Source: Wallemia ichthyophaga EXF-994 (Eukaryota > Fungi > Basidiomycota). From it: DNA of 248,000 nucleotides. Below are positions 14,060 through 28,607 of this stretch, one piece after another; the stretch's first letter is position 1, and the number at the start of each line of letters is the position of its first letter. Below the pieces are notes generated by a model. The model saw only the letters and a list, made by a program, of their open reading frames with translations. It was not told the origin of the DNA and ran no database searches. The DNA lies in assembly GCF_000400465.1 (NCBI RefSeq), contig NW_008806280.1:20001-268000 (forward strand), in the 5' to 3' direction. The translations under genes were made by a program, and so were the position numbers.

Positions 14060-15841
14060 TTACAAAAATCCTGCTTCTGGTATGGACCCTTTCACCGCTT
14101 CGAAATTGTTCAGCGCTTGCTCCAAGTTCCAATTATTCGATTGAAGGCACTCTATAGAAAAGTCGTAATTGAGACGCGTCCTCACTGCCAGCTCACAAAC
14201 AATACCATGTTGCTCTTTGGAAATGTGGTCTGGTGGGTTTTTCGGCAGCTTGAGTAGTATCCCTTTACTTCCCTCCACCGTGTCGATTGTGCTGCCCTCC
14301 CTCCACGCTTCAGATTTGGATAGTGCGCGTAGTGTGAGGCTGTCCGAAACCACCGCACACGGCCATCCACTCTCGGCGGCGAGCGTTGATACCGAAGAAG
14401 GAGCAAGAATAAAAGTACGGTCAAATGACCTGAACCCCTTATTGCCATTCTCTATAAACTCACCATGCACCGAACAGAATATTACAGCTGTTGAAGGTAT
14501 CACTCCAGGCATGGTCCAGCAATCAAAAACGAAATTGTTGATATCGCTGATATTATGCGTTGTGCGTGGCAGTAGTTTTTGAGCTTCAATTATCATCTTA
14601 TTTCCAACCGACAACTTCTGGTTCCTCGTTTCGTTGTTGTAGATCTTGGAACAATTTCTAGATGTCGCTGTTGGTTTATTGTCAATGTAAGGCTTCCACA
14701 TTATTTTTGGTTTGCCGTCGTATAAATTTTGCCTTCTTGCGCGTGGAGGGGTGTTGGTGTTGACGGAGATACTGAATGTGGCTGTATCAGTGTAGGCAGG
14801 GAGTAAAGCACCTCTGTCATTATCAAAGAGACTAAAAAATCTAGTAAGAAATTCGGCAACCAATGGACCAACTTCAGCGTTATCTCTACCGAAACTACCG
14901 AGAATGGCAACAGGGAATTGAGATGGCAGGGATTTAGTTGCATCTGATTGAATGCGTTGTTTCTTTGGATCCAATTTGACACCATCACCCAAATCAAATG
15001 TTACGGAACGTTGAACAGGTTTCATATCGAGGAGTTCCAATGTAGGGAACTTCTTTATGACTCTCGCTCTCCACGTATCACCAAAGCGGGAAATGGGATT
15101 ATTTGATAGAATGAGTTCTTTGAGGTTGCGTAGTCTGCGTGAGGAGCATAAAGCGTATAGGTCTTCTACGTGTCTGAAATCGTTATCGCTGAGGCTCAAG
15201 TTTTCGAGATTTGGGATGAATTCTGGGAGAGATTTGTAAGAATGTAAATTGCGCAAGTGATTCGAGGCCAGTGAGATAGTCTTGACATCAGGGAAGAGCT
15301 CAGCAATGAGTTTAAAGAGGGAGGGACCTGCGAGTGATTTCTGTTTGGAATAACCGGGTGGAATGAAATTTGCAGATTTAAGGATATCGTCGTCGCCCAT
15401 TTTCTGGTTATTAGAGTTAGATAGGTGAAAAAACGCGTAAAACGGCCGACAAACCTCCAAATTTAGAAAATTGAGATTAGAATCGAAGCGAGTGTTTAAG
15501 AAGCGAGTCAATGCGTCGATAACGTTTCTGTCCGACGTGGGTTTTGTCGGAGGGTTATTGAGAGACACCTTCTTAGGGCGTGTGGGGGTGTTCGGACGTG
15601 AAGGAGCGCCACTCAGGCGAGATGAAGTAGATGGGCGTGCGAGAGGATTAGATTTGTTACGTATTTGAGATCTTCTTGATGAGGAATCAGCGTCTGACAT
15701 GGAAGAATCCTCATTTGTGGAACCAACGCCTCTACCGCGTTTACCCTTGTGCTTTAATAAACCGGCAGATTTTAGGAGATTGTTTCCGACGCCGGGAGCA
15801 TTTGAATTTGAATTTGAATTTTCAACACGATCGGCATACAT
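14060..15841 (-). CDS. MEX67: mRNA export factor (LRR-NTF2-TAP-C)
   Basis: LRRs, NTF2-like RSFDRTFIL, C-terminal LQSNNWNLEQAL. Confidence 0.9.
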   Translation of the reverse strand: MYADRVENSNSNSNAPGVGNNLLKSAGLLKHKGKRGRGVGSTNEDSSMSDADSSSRRSQIRNKSNPLARPSTSSRLSGAPSRPNTPTRPKKVSLNNPPTKPTSDRNVIDALTRFLNTRFDSNLNFLNLEVCRPFYAFFHLSNSNNQKMGDDDILKSANFIPPGYSKQKSLAGPSLFKLIAELFPDVKTISLASNHLRNLHSYKSLPEFIPNLENLSLSDNDFRHVEDLYALCSSRRLRNLKELILSNNPISRFGDTWRARVIKKFPTLELLDMKPVQRSVTFDLGDGVKLDPKKQRIQSDATKSLPSQFPVAILGSFGRDNAEVGPLVAEFLTRFFSLFDNDRGALLPAYTDTATFSISVNTNTPPRARRQNLYDGKPKIMWKPYIDNKPTATSRNCSKIYNNETRNQKLSVGNKMIIEAQKLLPRTTHNISDINNFVFDCWTMPGVIPSTAVIFCSVHGEFIENGNKGFRSFDRTFILAPSSVSTLAAESGWPCAVVSDSLTLRALSKSEAWREGSTIDTVEGSKGILLKLPKNPPDHISKEQHGIVCELAVRTRLNYDFSIECLQSNNWNLEQALNNFEAVKGSIPEAGFL

Positions 15842-16050
15842 GGTGGTGGATTGGGGGCAACAAGCACCTTGATTAGAAACGACCAACTTTAAATTAAAAT
15901 TAAAAATGGGAGATATAAAGAGGCAGAAGATGGATACAGGGAATCCATTAGAAGGACTCACACCGAGAGCTGTGTCTGCTAAACAAGTGGATGGAGTTAT
16001 GGTGGGTGATATTGACCAGAGAAACACCAATCTTACAATCCGTCCAATAG

Positions 16051-18138
<2,088 letters not shown>

Positions 18139-18267
18139 GAGGGTGTGTGATGAGTGAGGAATAGGATTTGTATATGCAGTTATGCAGCTATACAGCTATA
18201 ATATAATCTATTTATCGTTGTTTTACCAATTTACACTTTATATTTTACCAAACTATCATGTCACCAC

Positions 18268-18933
18268 CTAGAAATCCAAACCCTTGTCGAGATCCTTGCG
18301 AATATGATCGAGCATCCCTGGTGCCATCAGGGGTTTCCCTGTACCATCGTTGAGATACCTGTAGGGCATATCGACTGACTCCTGCGGGGTAAAGACGATA
18401 GTAGGGTCGTCAACGAAATCCATCTTCTCCATAGGAATATTATCCACAACGACGCGCTTGGTAGTACCTAGAGCTGTATCGGTGGACATCTGGCGAGGAC
18501 CAAGGTGTCTACCCGGGAAACCAAATTTGCGAAGTTCCTTGGTACGATCGCGTGGAGGATCGTCACCGAGAATACCACCGAAGAGGAAATGGGAGAAGGT
18601 TTCCAAATCCTGTGGTTGGATGGGCTGCTCAGCTTTAGGGTCGAGAAGACAGACTTTCTCATGAGGGATGCCCTCGCGCGTGATTATATCCATAATGCCC
18701 TCCTTGTAGCACTCCGTGGTTGCCGCTTTGCCTTGGGATGGCGCCAGTGCCTGGTTGAGACTGTCGTAGGATGTCGACGATAGGTTCGTGTATATCACAC
18801 GGGCATTCTCACCCGCATGCGTAGACGCTGCCATATTGCGATACTCTCTTAAACTCCATTCCGGTATCTTGTAGCCTTCTGGCTCTTCTTCTTCGACGTG
18901 CTCAATTACGTAGGTTGGGTACGCGGCTGGCAT
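18268..18933 (-). CDS. SFM1: SPOUT protein arginine methyltransferase
   Basis: FLFGGILGDDPPRDRT, LGPRQMSTDTA. Confidence 0.88.
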   Translation of the reverse strand: MPAAYPTYVIEHVEEEEPEGYKIPEWSLREYRNMAASTHAGENARVIYTNLSSTSYDSLNQALAPSQGKAATTECYKEGIMDIITREGIPHEKVCLLDPKAEQPIQPQDLETFSHFLFGGILGDDPPRDRTKELRKFGFPGRHLGPRQMSTDTALGTTKRVVVDNIPMEKMDFVDDPTIVFTPQESVDMPYRYLNDGTGKPLMAPGMLDHIRKDLDKGLDF

Positions 18934-19124
18934 GGCTGTGGTGGTGGTGGTATGAAGAAGGTGCGGCGAGTTGTTGGCGCTGGCAGCACTCAACACTCAA
19001 CACTAAGCACTCACCCACTCACCCACTTAAGATTCTTATATTTACTAGGAATATTTAAATATTACTTTGACATGATATCATGCTTGCGAAAATCTGCATA
19101 CTTTACAAACACTACACATTCCCT

Positions 19125-20745
19125 CTACACGCACTCCCTCCGCACATCTACAGTGCACTGCGTTCCAGCGGCAGCGAAATGCGCGCGGATGAGCTGAGAC
19201 GCGGACAGGGTGAGGTTGAAGATATCCACGTCGGAGGTCTCCTTCCCGACGAGCACTTTGAGCGAGACAAAGGAGGAGCCGAGTGAGTGTGCATTTGAGA
19301 TTCCAGTAGCCGACGAGAAAGAGGAAGAGCACGAGGAATTGCGAGCGAGATCCACACAACTCGCATCATCATCGAGCAGTGTCGTGCTAGCAGCGCCTGG
19401 TGTTATCTGGAAGATGCGCGGGAGGTCCAAGTGCTTGACTAGTGGGTGAGTCTCGATCTGTGCGAGTTTGTGAGTGTGCGCCCGCAAATGATAATCAACT
19501 CACCTCGCGCAACGCTTCACGCAGTATCGGGATCGTCGTAGACGTCGGCGCCGTCTGCAATAGGATTCGCGAGAGGGTGATCAGAGATGGGTATATCAGG
19601 TATCCGATGCATACTGCCATACAGCCCGCTATCACTTGGTCACAGATATGGTGGTGGGGGGGTGGTATGAGCGCGGCTGTGAGCCACATCGCACTTCCGA
19701 ACAGACTAATTAGGCAGCTATATGGATTGTTGATAAAGCTGGACATCTTGGGAGCGTTGTATAGCAGCGTGCCTGTGATGAGCGCTAGTGAGTGGTGGTT
19801 GTGGTAGTACTTGTTGGCAATATATGGTAGTATCGCAGAGAGCAGGATTAGATGAGTGGGGAAGGGAATACCATACTTGTGGTCATATTCATTGTATTCT
19901 CGGTAGTCATCTTCAGTGGAAGATATCAGCGCGTGTTCTACCGACTCCTTAGCAAGATAGGTCACGGCAAAGACTAAATAAATGACTTGCGTAAACAATG
20001 ATAGAGTTTCTAGCCTGCGTATCCCGAACGGCTTCTTGTACGTAGGAGACACCGTCCTGTACCAGTCGAACAGGTTGATGGAGATGAGCGATATGCTGTC
20101 GAATGTAATCAAGTAACCCATTCCAGTGGTCGATAGACTCTCAATTCGTTGTCCTGCAAGCCATAACCAGGCGCCGAGGAGTAATTCAACACCAGTGAAT
20201 GCAAATTTTCTCAAACTAAACGCTCTTCTTTCGAAAGTGGGTGGTGGGGCAGGTTTGCTGTCCTTTGTTTTGGCAAAGTTGGAGGATAACTTGGAAGACA
20301 CAGCGCTGTTCACAGTCACGGTGGGGTCGTTGAAGCTAAAAAAAGCATGAGATAGTGAACGCTTATGGTGGTGCTTGCGTCGATTAGGCTTATCTGAAGA
20401 AGGAGTAGTGTTAAGAGAGGGAGTGAGAATTTGATTGGGTGGAGTGAAATTCAAGCTGTTTGAGCTTGTCTTTGTATTCAACTGTGTGTCTGGGTGCGGA
20501 TCCTCAAGTAAAGTGCCCATTGAGCCGACAGCGCCGACAGAACTGAACATTCTCTTATGTGAAGGCAGTAAGGGTATTATATTCACATCCTCATTCTCTA
20601 CGTCGTCTGTGCTGTTCGCAACGGTTGCGCCATCCAAAGGCTCCCAGATTGAATGCTTCTTGATATGGTTAGAATTAGTAGAGCCAGGCTGCCTTGGAGA
20701 GCCACTGCCAACATTCCCCTTGTACTCCTGCAATGGCGAATTCAT
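19125..20745 (-). CDS. Cation diffusion facilitator, Zrg17-like
   Basis: Multi-TM with FGIRRLETL..F; C-terminal domain after an intron near 19490. Confidence 0.6.
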
Positions 20746-20824
20746 TTAATCAATTTGACAGTGACGGTACACGGTTCAAGTTGCACACCCAGGATATCGT
20801 AATTGATAAGAAATTAAATTTAAA

Positions 20825-21591
20825 ATGAGCGCATCAGTGTTATCGCAGCAGGCGCGTGATGAGCGTGATTTACGTGTTCCATCCAGCACACCGCCTCCAC
20901 TGCCAGAAGAAGAAGAGCCTCCATTGCCAGACGAGGAGGAGCCCGTGTTGGAACAATCAGAGAGCGCAGGGAGCTCAGAAAATCCCCAGCAATCCCACCA
21001 ACCCCATCCTCAAATCTTACACGGAAAGAACGGCTGGTCAGCCATCTACGAGCCAAATTCATCGCAATACTACTACTACAATCAATCTACGGGCGCAACG
21101 ACCTGGCAAAATCCATTCTCTAATATAAATCCACAACATGACTCAATCAATACAAACAAACGCGAATTCTATCATGAAGAAGATGACGCGATTGATCCCG
21201 AGTTGGCCCATTTGATGCCCTCATCCAGTACTGATCCTGCTGGGTTTGTCCAGGCAAAGTTCAACGCTCGCACCGGTCAGTTCAACAGCAAAAGTTGGCA
21301 GACACCCGAGCACGTCTCCGCAATCAACAAGTCCAGGCGGCAACAAGGTGTGTAGACTATATATCAAATCTACCACCCCTTACCCACCTCACAGCTGCTT
21401 TCTTTGATCTCGATGCTTTCGAGAGGCAGAGAAACGACGACCATATGGCGAAAAAGGCTAAAATTGATGAGTTGGGTAAGGACAGTGTCAAGCCTAAGCT
21501 CTCAAAGGATCAAGTCAAGATGTATAAGGAACAGAAAGCAGCCAAGAGGTACAAAACCAAAACCGACTGGCTTGTGAATGACGATAAGTAG
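20825..21591 (+). CDS. WW-domain protein
   Basis: GWSAIY...YYYYNQSTGATTWQNP; spliced basic C-terminus. Confidence 0.75.
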
Positions 21592-21613
21592 TATAACTAG
21601 CTGATTACTTCAA

Positions 21614-22979
21614 TTAGTGGCCAATCTGGTACACCTTGTAGCCTATCAACTCGAGCTGCTTCACATCCACAATCAAATGACCATCTAATACCCATCCCGG
21701 GGGGTTTATTTTTTGGTAAATCGCATTCCAATCGATTTGGGTATAAAATTCATCCCAGTTTGTTAGTAAGAGGATGCAATGTGTATTGATTGCTGCTTCA
21801 TCTATCGACTGACACGGTTCTACTTTTTCACTGGCATCAAACTCATTAATAATTTGCCAAGATGTGACAACGGGGTCGTAGACTGAGAAGTGTATATCGG
21901 GAAGCTGTCTGAGCAGCTCCTTAATAACTCTGATAGAAGGACTAAGTCGGAGATCGCCTGTATCTTTTTTGAAAGCGAGTCTGGCGTGGGTGTGAGGTGC
22001 AAAAAATAAAGAGTGAAAATCTGGACACCCACCCTAACACAGTGATTTTGACAGATTCGATACCCACCACGATTTCTTTGACGCGTTGTATGAATCTGTG
22101 CAACTGATAGTCATTCATCTCAATCACACTGTTCCAGTAGCGAGCTACGTGGTGGAGGTTGAGAGATTCGCAGAGATAGACGAGCATACGCAGGTCCTTC
22201 TCCAAACACGAGCCACCGAAGGCGAGGGAGGGAGAGAGGTACTCGCCTCGAATTCTTCGGTCTGTGGATAGCGAGTGGGTGAGTTGAGATATGTTTGCCC
22301 CGCTAGCATCGCAAATGGCAGTGAAGGAATTGATAGACGATATTCGCTGCGCTAGGAGAGCGTTGCTTGCCAATTTAGACAGCTCCGTTGAGTAGATGGA
22401 CTGAGTGAGAATTTTCTCGCGCGGCACCCAGTTGGCATACAGGCCGATAAGAGTGTCGCGCGCCCGCAGGCCACTCTCGCTCCCATCGCAGCCAACAAGC
22501 ACTCTATCGGGGCAAAGGGCGTCTCGAATGGCACTCCCTTGGCTGAGGAATTCGGGGATGGAGAGGATATCGAAGTGAGTGGGGTGGGCGAGAAGGGCGT
22601 GTGTGATTTGCGTGCACGTGTTTAATGGGAATGTGGACTTTTCGACTATTATTTTGCGCTGAGGGGAGCCGCATGTGTTGTGGAACATATCCAGAGTATC
22701 CGCGAGGAGAGAGGAGTGACTGAAATTGATGCAGAGGATAATGATGTCTGCAGTGTCTAAGCAGCGTGGCGAGGCTGTGAAGTGCACGTTGCTTTCCCTC
22801 AGCAATCCCTCCAAGCCCGGCTCAAAGAACGGTGGATCATGCCGAATCCAGCGATCGACTTTGACCAATTCCTTATCGTAGATGACGACATTTGCGTATT
22901 TCGATAAAACCGATCCAACGACCACACCGACCAATCCACTGCCCACGACAACCACGCTGAGCACATGACCGTTCTTCAT
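21614..22979 (-). CDS. UDP-glucose 6-dehydrogenase
   Basis: GSGLVG, EKST, PEFL, SKLASNA, FGGSC..KD. Confidence 0.88.
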
Positions 22980-22987
22980 AAACAGCC

Positions 22988-23689
22988 ATGGCCGCTATCT
23001 CAGATGATGAGCAGACGGAGAGCGAGCCACCGCCATACGCGGCTGTGACCGCGGCAGCGACGGCGCCGGCGTACACGAGACACAGAAACAGACAGCGGCA
23101 GCCTCAGCCAGCCACCGCCACCAGAAGCAGCACAAACACACCGATTTCACTCACACTCATCTATCAGCTACTCCAGCTAACGTCTCTTCTGCCCGCTCTC
23201 ACGGGCGTCCTCTACCTTCTCATTAGATTCTCGCTGCACACGCTCCCAGCTCCTAATCCTTCGCGCATCGAGTACCTCGCTTCAACCCCATGGGCGGTGC
23301 TTACGGCCGTTTACAGCTTCCAGATTATCAGCAGCATGCTACACAGGTGGAAGCAGTACTACCACCCCATTTCCGTCATTATCCGCCTCCTCTCGATACA
23401 GGCTGCGTCGTTTCCGTGGATCAGAGTCACCCTGTGGCTGTGCTCTACGCCTGAGAAACCCCTGCTGGCGTGGATGGTCGTCGCTATCACCACCGCCGTC
23501 TCCAGCTCCATCGCCCGGTGGTACATCAGCAATCTCAGCAGCACACAGTCTGCGCGTCATATCGATGTTGCTCGGCTGGTTACTAGGACCATTCTCCCCA
23601 TCTCCACGCTCTCCCTTTTCAGCCTCTTCCTGCTTCTTTACGATCTCTACTATACCAGAGTCTCGCTTCAAGTGGCAATGGCGCTTTAG
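22988..23689 (+). CDS. Eos1-like ER membrane protein
   Basis: Multi-TM; RW..YY..SVIIRLLSIQA resembles the Eos1 family. Confidence 0.6.
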   Translation: MAAISDDEQTESEPPPYAAVTAAATAPAYTRHRNRQRQPQPATATRSSTNTPISLTLIYQLLQLTSLLPALTGVLYLLIRFSLHTLPAPNPSRIEYLASTPWAVLTAVYSFQIISSMLHRWKQYYHPISVIIRLLSIQAASFPWIRVTLWLCSTPEKPLLAWMVVAITTAVSSSIARWYISNLSSTQSARHIDVARLVTRTILPISTLSLFSLFLLLYDLYYTRVSLQVAMAL

Positions 23690-23834
23690 CACTGGCAATG
23701 GCGCTTTAACACACTGGCAATGGCATTTACTACACGAAAATCCTAATACACTAATCTTTATACTCACCTTTACTTCTCTACTCATACCTTTGCGTTCATA
23801 TGTCGTCTTTTTTTTTCACTCATGCATTCTCTAT

Positions 23835-26800
23835 TTATACATTGCTAAATAAACTACTGCGCACGCTGCCAACGAGATCCTTAAGCACGGCACTGCTCAC
23901 TGTCTTCTTCTTGGGCGACGGTGACGGCGACGGCGACCTCACCAACTCGTCCTCCCTCTTGCGCTGTCTGCTGGATTGTTCGTGAGCAACTCTGACGCCC
24001 TCGGCCATTCTTTCGAGCTGCAACACCACGCGACGCGTCCTCTTCACTATATCTGTCTGCTCCACCAGCTCTTCTTGGTTGAGGGATACCCCATCGCGCA
24101 CGACAAACGTTTCGTCTGCCGGGTGGCCAGAGAAGACTATGTCGAGTATGCGAGTCATCACATACACAGTATCGGCGTGGCTGCCATCCCACCCGGCTAT
24201 CTCTGCGCGCAAGAGGAGCACATCGGGCTCAAAGTCGAAGCGTTCGTCGTCGAGCCACTCAATCAGTGTGGTGGGGAGGGGGATGCTTGTGTGGGTCAGG
24301 GTGGTTCTCCAGATGTTAAAAGCGAATAGCTCTTACCTCTCTTTCACGTTCGCATTCAATTTCACACCCACACTCTCCTTGAGCAGAGGTAGTGTGCGTG
24401 TCTCCGTCGGCGCCTCATCGCCATCCGCACCCGCACACAGCATCTGCACCGCCTCGTTCGTTGCCCGTATCGCCTCGTTGAGTATCGCGATCGACGAGTC
24501 CACCAAGGCGATCGCTATGTGGTGCGCATAGGGCATGTGATGGATGGCAAGTACACTAGCCAACGCGACTGGCGAGAACACCGCCGATACACGCCTAGGT
24601 GTGGTTGTTTGGTAGTGTCGCACCCCCACATCCACACTCTCCAAGAGAGTGTGCAGTTGGGAATCGAACGAGTGCGGGGCGATCTGGAGGTATTTCAAAT
24701 GTAGTGCGGGTGTGTTCAAATTCGAGCTCAAGCACTGCAAAAACCAAGTGAGCTATGGTTTCACTCATCATGGTAGCTTCACTCACCTCGACAGCCTCGC
24801 TCTCACACCACGATAGCACCACGATAGTGGGTATAAAGGTGCCGTACGCTAAACGCCCCGCTACACGCTCCATCCTCCTTTTATCATTATTGAGTGTTCG
24901 CGCTCTCTCTTTTTCCGACTGCTGTCTCGCCAGCTCGCGCGAGCATTCAAAGAAAACAATAGCGGTAGAGGCGGGTGGCTGGAGTGCGAGTGCGAGTGTG
25001 AGTGTGAGTGTGGTTGTGAGTGTTAATCACCCCTTCAATCAGCTACTACCCACCTTCTCGCTATTCGCATACAACGAAAGCTGCGAGTTGGCTTGATTAA
25101 AGTCGCCAACATCTGCACCGAAACGCGTGCGCAGCCATGAGCTGGAGGAGGAAGAGTCGTCGTGGGTGTACAGCCCCACATCCACACTCGCAAAGTGTTT
25201 CAGGAGTGGGTTGCTGTGTATAAACCCAGCCACGACAGTCAACGCACCACCTCGATTCCACAACTCGCTTCTCTGCTGTACGTGCTGAAGAAGGGAACTC
25301 TCTGTCAGAGTTATCGACAAGATAAATAAGCCGCTCACCTGCTGCAACGTGTGCTCCATCTCTGAATCGCTCAGTCTGAGTCTGAGTTGATGGAGAGGTG
25401 AATGGTGAAAAGCCACCTCTTCATCCTCGTGATCGAAAAGCTCCTCTGCATCTTGTTTGTCTTCCTCATCCTCTTCATCCGGCAGGGTGAAAGCCGGGGT
25501 CGTGCCACCCCTCCCAAAGGAAAGACCCTCGACAGCCATTCTAAACTGCTTGAGACGCTCCTGGTCAACATCGCGCGCAATGACGCGTGCCACTGCAGCC
25601 GTCTTCCACAGACGCAGACAACGCAAAATCAGCCTGCGTCGCCTGTACATGGCTGCTACCTCTCGCAGCACGCACGACCGCACAGCCGCAGCCACCGTCT
25701 CGTCGAGAATGCGGTCGGTGAGTTTTGTGCATGTCGTGTGAGTGAGCTCGAGCCGTTCTCGTTCTCTACCTCGCTCTTCCTCCCTCGTTTTCTTGCGCTC
25801 CTCTTCTTCAGCTCGCAAACGCCCTTGTAGCTTGCGGTTTTCTGATAAACGCCTCCGCGATTGTGCTGCACGTGCTAATTGAGCTGCTTCCGTCGCTTCT
25901 GCCGCTTCTGCTGCTTTTTGTTTCTTCTGCCTCTCCCGCTCCTCTTGCTGCTGCTGGCGGTGTTTCTCGTCGAGGTCATTATCAGGTTGAACATCAGGTT
26001 GGGCACCTTGTCCTTGTCCCTGTGTGCTGGGTGGGGTGAATGCATTAGCAAACGCACCTGCAGTTTCAGTACCAGTGCCAGTGCCACTCCAGCTGAACGC
26101 GTTGGAAGACGGAGCGCCCTGTGTGTGCTGCGTAGTCTGTCTAGGTTGGAAGGAGAAGGCTGTTGCGATGGGTTTGGGAGGAGGGGGCATGAGGGAGGTC
26201 GGAGAGCTGTTAGAGTGATTGTGACTGCTAGTGCCCGTATCAGTACCCGCACTAGTTCCATAACCATAGCCTCCACCGCCACTGTCAATATTCGCATTTG
26301 TTTTGGTCGATGGCATTGTGAAAACTGGCGCAGATGGTCTAAGCGAGGACAAAGACGCTGGTTGGCTCTTTGGGATATCACCAGCCACAACATCGACACC
26401 GATATCAAAATCAATGGCTAGAGGGGTATCTATAACATCCCGCGCACTGAGCCTGCCTCTCTTGGCAGATACGAGACGAGACTTGCAGTGAGGGATAGTC
26501 GGACCCGAGTCGTTGACCTGCGACTGTTTGTTTACTCTAACGGCTGTGGGCGGGGCTTCGTCATTTCCATTATCATTATCTTTCTCATTCTCGCCGCCCC
26601 TCTCCACATCCAGCCCGAGGTTCTCCGCCTCGCGCGCGACATGCAAACCGTCGTCGCATCCGAGCACACTGACGAGGTCAGCGACGGGATAAGCGCGGTA
26701 TTTGCTCGGGTAAGCGACGCGCATAGCCTTGAGGGCGCCTCTGCGCACGCTGCTGAAGGAGGGTTCGAGAAGGCACGCCATAAGGAAAGGGGTGCTACTC

Positions 26801-27748
26801 GAGCGGATAAGTTTGAAGAAGCGCGAGTATCCATTAGGGCTAGACACCGTATTATGGGGGCGTCCTCGTACGTCAGCCTCGTTCGAGCGGCGGGCGAGAG
26901 CGTGAAATTTGAGTGCGAGTTGAATGGGCTGCGAGAGGTAGAGTGAGGTGGGGAGGCGTTCTGCAGCAGCAGCAGTGCTAGAGTCGCGCAGATGAATGAG
27001 GAGGTGGTAGGCTCTGAACTCTGCTTCGTTCGGGAGTGTTTCGCCCGTGCTGGCCCGCCAGTCGTCGTAGAACTCCGTCAAGCTCAGCAACACCTTGCTC
27101 AGCTGCTCCAGCTCCTGCTGGTCAGACCACCCAGTGCGCTCGCATAGCTCGTGCAGGCAGAGGATGTGGTAGCGGGCTATGCGCTCGTGGCACTCGACGG
27201 CAACGCGGTCGCGGATGTGCTGCAGAGTGAAATCCTGTCGTATAGAGCGCGTCCTGTCGCGAAGGAAGTGGTGGCTGTCGTGCAGGTCTGCGTCTTCTGC
27301 GAGGATCGTGTGGAAGAGATAGTCGAGTGTTTGCTTGAGCACCGGCGCTGGGCGTACATCTGACGGCAGGCTGGCTTCGTCGCCGGCAGCTGGCCTGTGG
27401 AATGTCTTCACGGTGCGCGCGGGATTCGCCTGGCGCGGGTGCTCTGCGTATACCTCCCACTTATCCAGATTGAGCTGGTACTCGCGCTCGACGCGTTCAA
27501 ACAGTGGACACATGGTGGTACACGTTCCTCGCAGCGTTATCGCATCGCTCAGACTCATTCCCCCTTGGCTCGGATCGGGGATTTGGCCATCTCTAATGGC
27601 TTCGAGTCGCTCGACTTCTCGGTGCGCGCGCAGCTGGGTAAGCGGGTCAGACGGGATTCGAACGCAGAGCCCTGCACACCTGCTGGTATTGCGTCTTGTC
27701 GGCGGTGAATCTGCTGCCTCTGTCGGTGGTGAGATGACCGTCAGCCAT
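23835..27748 (-). CDS. SAC3: SAC3/GANP (TREX-2) protein; the 23.8-25 kb ORFs are probably its 3' exons
   Basis: GTCTTMCP..E, HFLRDRTRSIRQDFT, EFRAY. Confidence 0.85.
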
Positions 27749-27789
27749 TAAGATAACATCAACGACGTAAAAACCTCTTTATTGGCTCA

Positions 27790-28381
27790 AATACAAATAC
27801 ACTGAATCTTGGGCTGTAGTATAAGCAAGCGAGTATTCTAACTGGGAGAAGTACCTGTGATAGGTCGGGAGTGAGAATTTTCACCTTTTGTGACGACACA
27901 CACTAACCTTGGTTATCGTGTATGCTGCTATGGCTTCAGAGATGTGTGCTGTGTATCTGCCACTGCCGTCCCACTTGTTCTCCTCATCTTGCCAGAGATT
28001 GTAGCGCTGTCTGAATCTGTCGAGACGACGCTCACCCTCCTCGCAAGCAGCACGAGTCCAGCTTCTTATGTCATTGGTGTTATCGCAGCTATCTGCTCCC
28101 CACAACCACTCTAGACTACGCTCGCCTACGCCGAACCAGTGCAACCCCCCAAAGATAGCAATCACGGGAAAAATAGCTGTCAGCTCGTGGAGAATGGCGA
28201 ATGAGGCGCTGAGGCTGATTGGGTCTGTGCCTGTGCGTTGACTGAGGTGTTGCAGGCGTTGAGTGTAGGTGTGAGTGCTCTTGTGGCGTACTTGGTTTGA
28301 TTTCGGTACTCTGGGTGCTCTAAGTACTCGAGATAGTCCAGATACTCCAAATCCCCGGAATCCAGTCCAAATCAGCATCAC
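27790..28381 (-). CDS. Mrx11-like mitochondrial membrane protein
   Basis: SFAILHELTAIFP motif. Confidence 0.5.
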
Positions 28382-28607
28382 TAACGCCGTGAAAGAGAGA
28401 GGGAGGAGAGGTAAGGAATTGAATGATCTAATATCCCAAGCATCTTTTATATACGCTCCATATTTTATATTCGATTAAATTAGAAAAATTTCGCCTTCAA
28501 ATTTAATAGTCTTCCTAACTTCCCTCTTAGCGACCGACGACTCAAATCACGAGTGAGGGAGGGTTTAAATAGCGTTGGGCGTTACTCACACTGCACTCAC
28601 AGCCAGG

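Noticed and set aside
27640-27700. tRNA T-loop-like GTTCGAATCC on the minus strand
   Set aside because: No T-stem, acceptor stem or D-arm pairing; it lies inside a SAC3 intron (GTGTGC...CTGAC...CAG).
25371-27751. Many overlapping antisense or alternate-frame ORFs here and throughout the ORF track
   Set aside because: Shadows of GC-richer coding regions, often opened by TTG/GTG/CTG, with no independent support.
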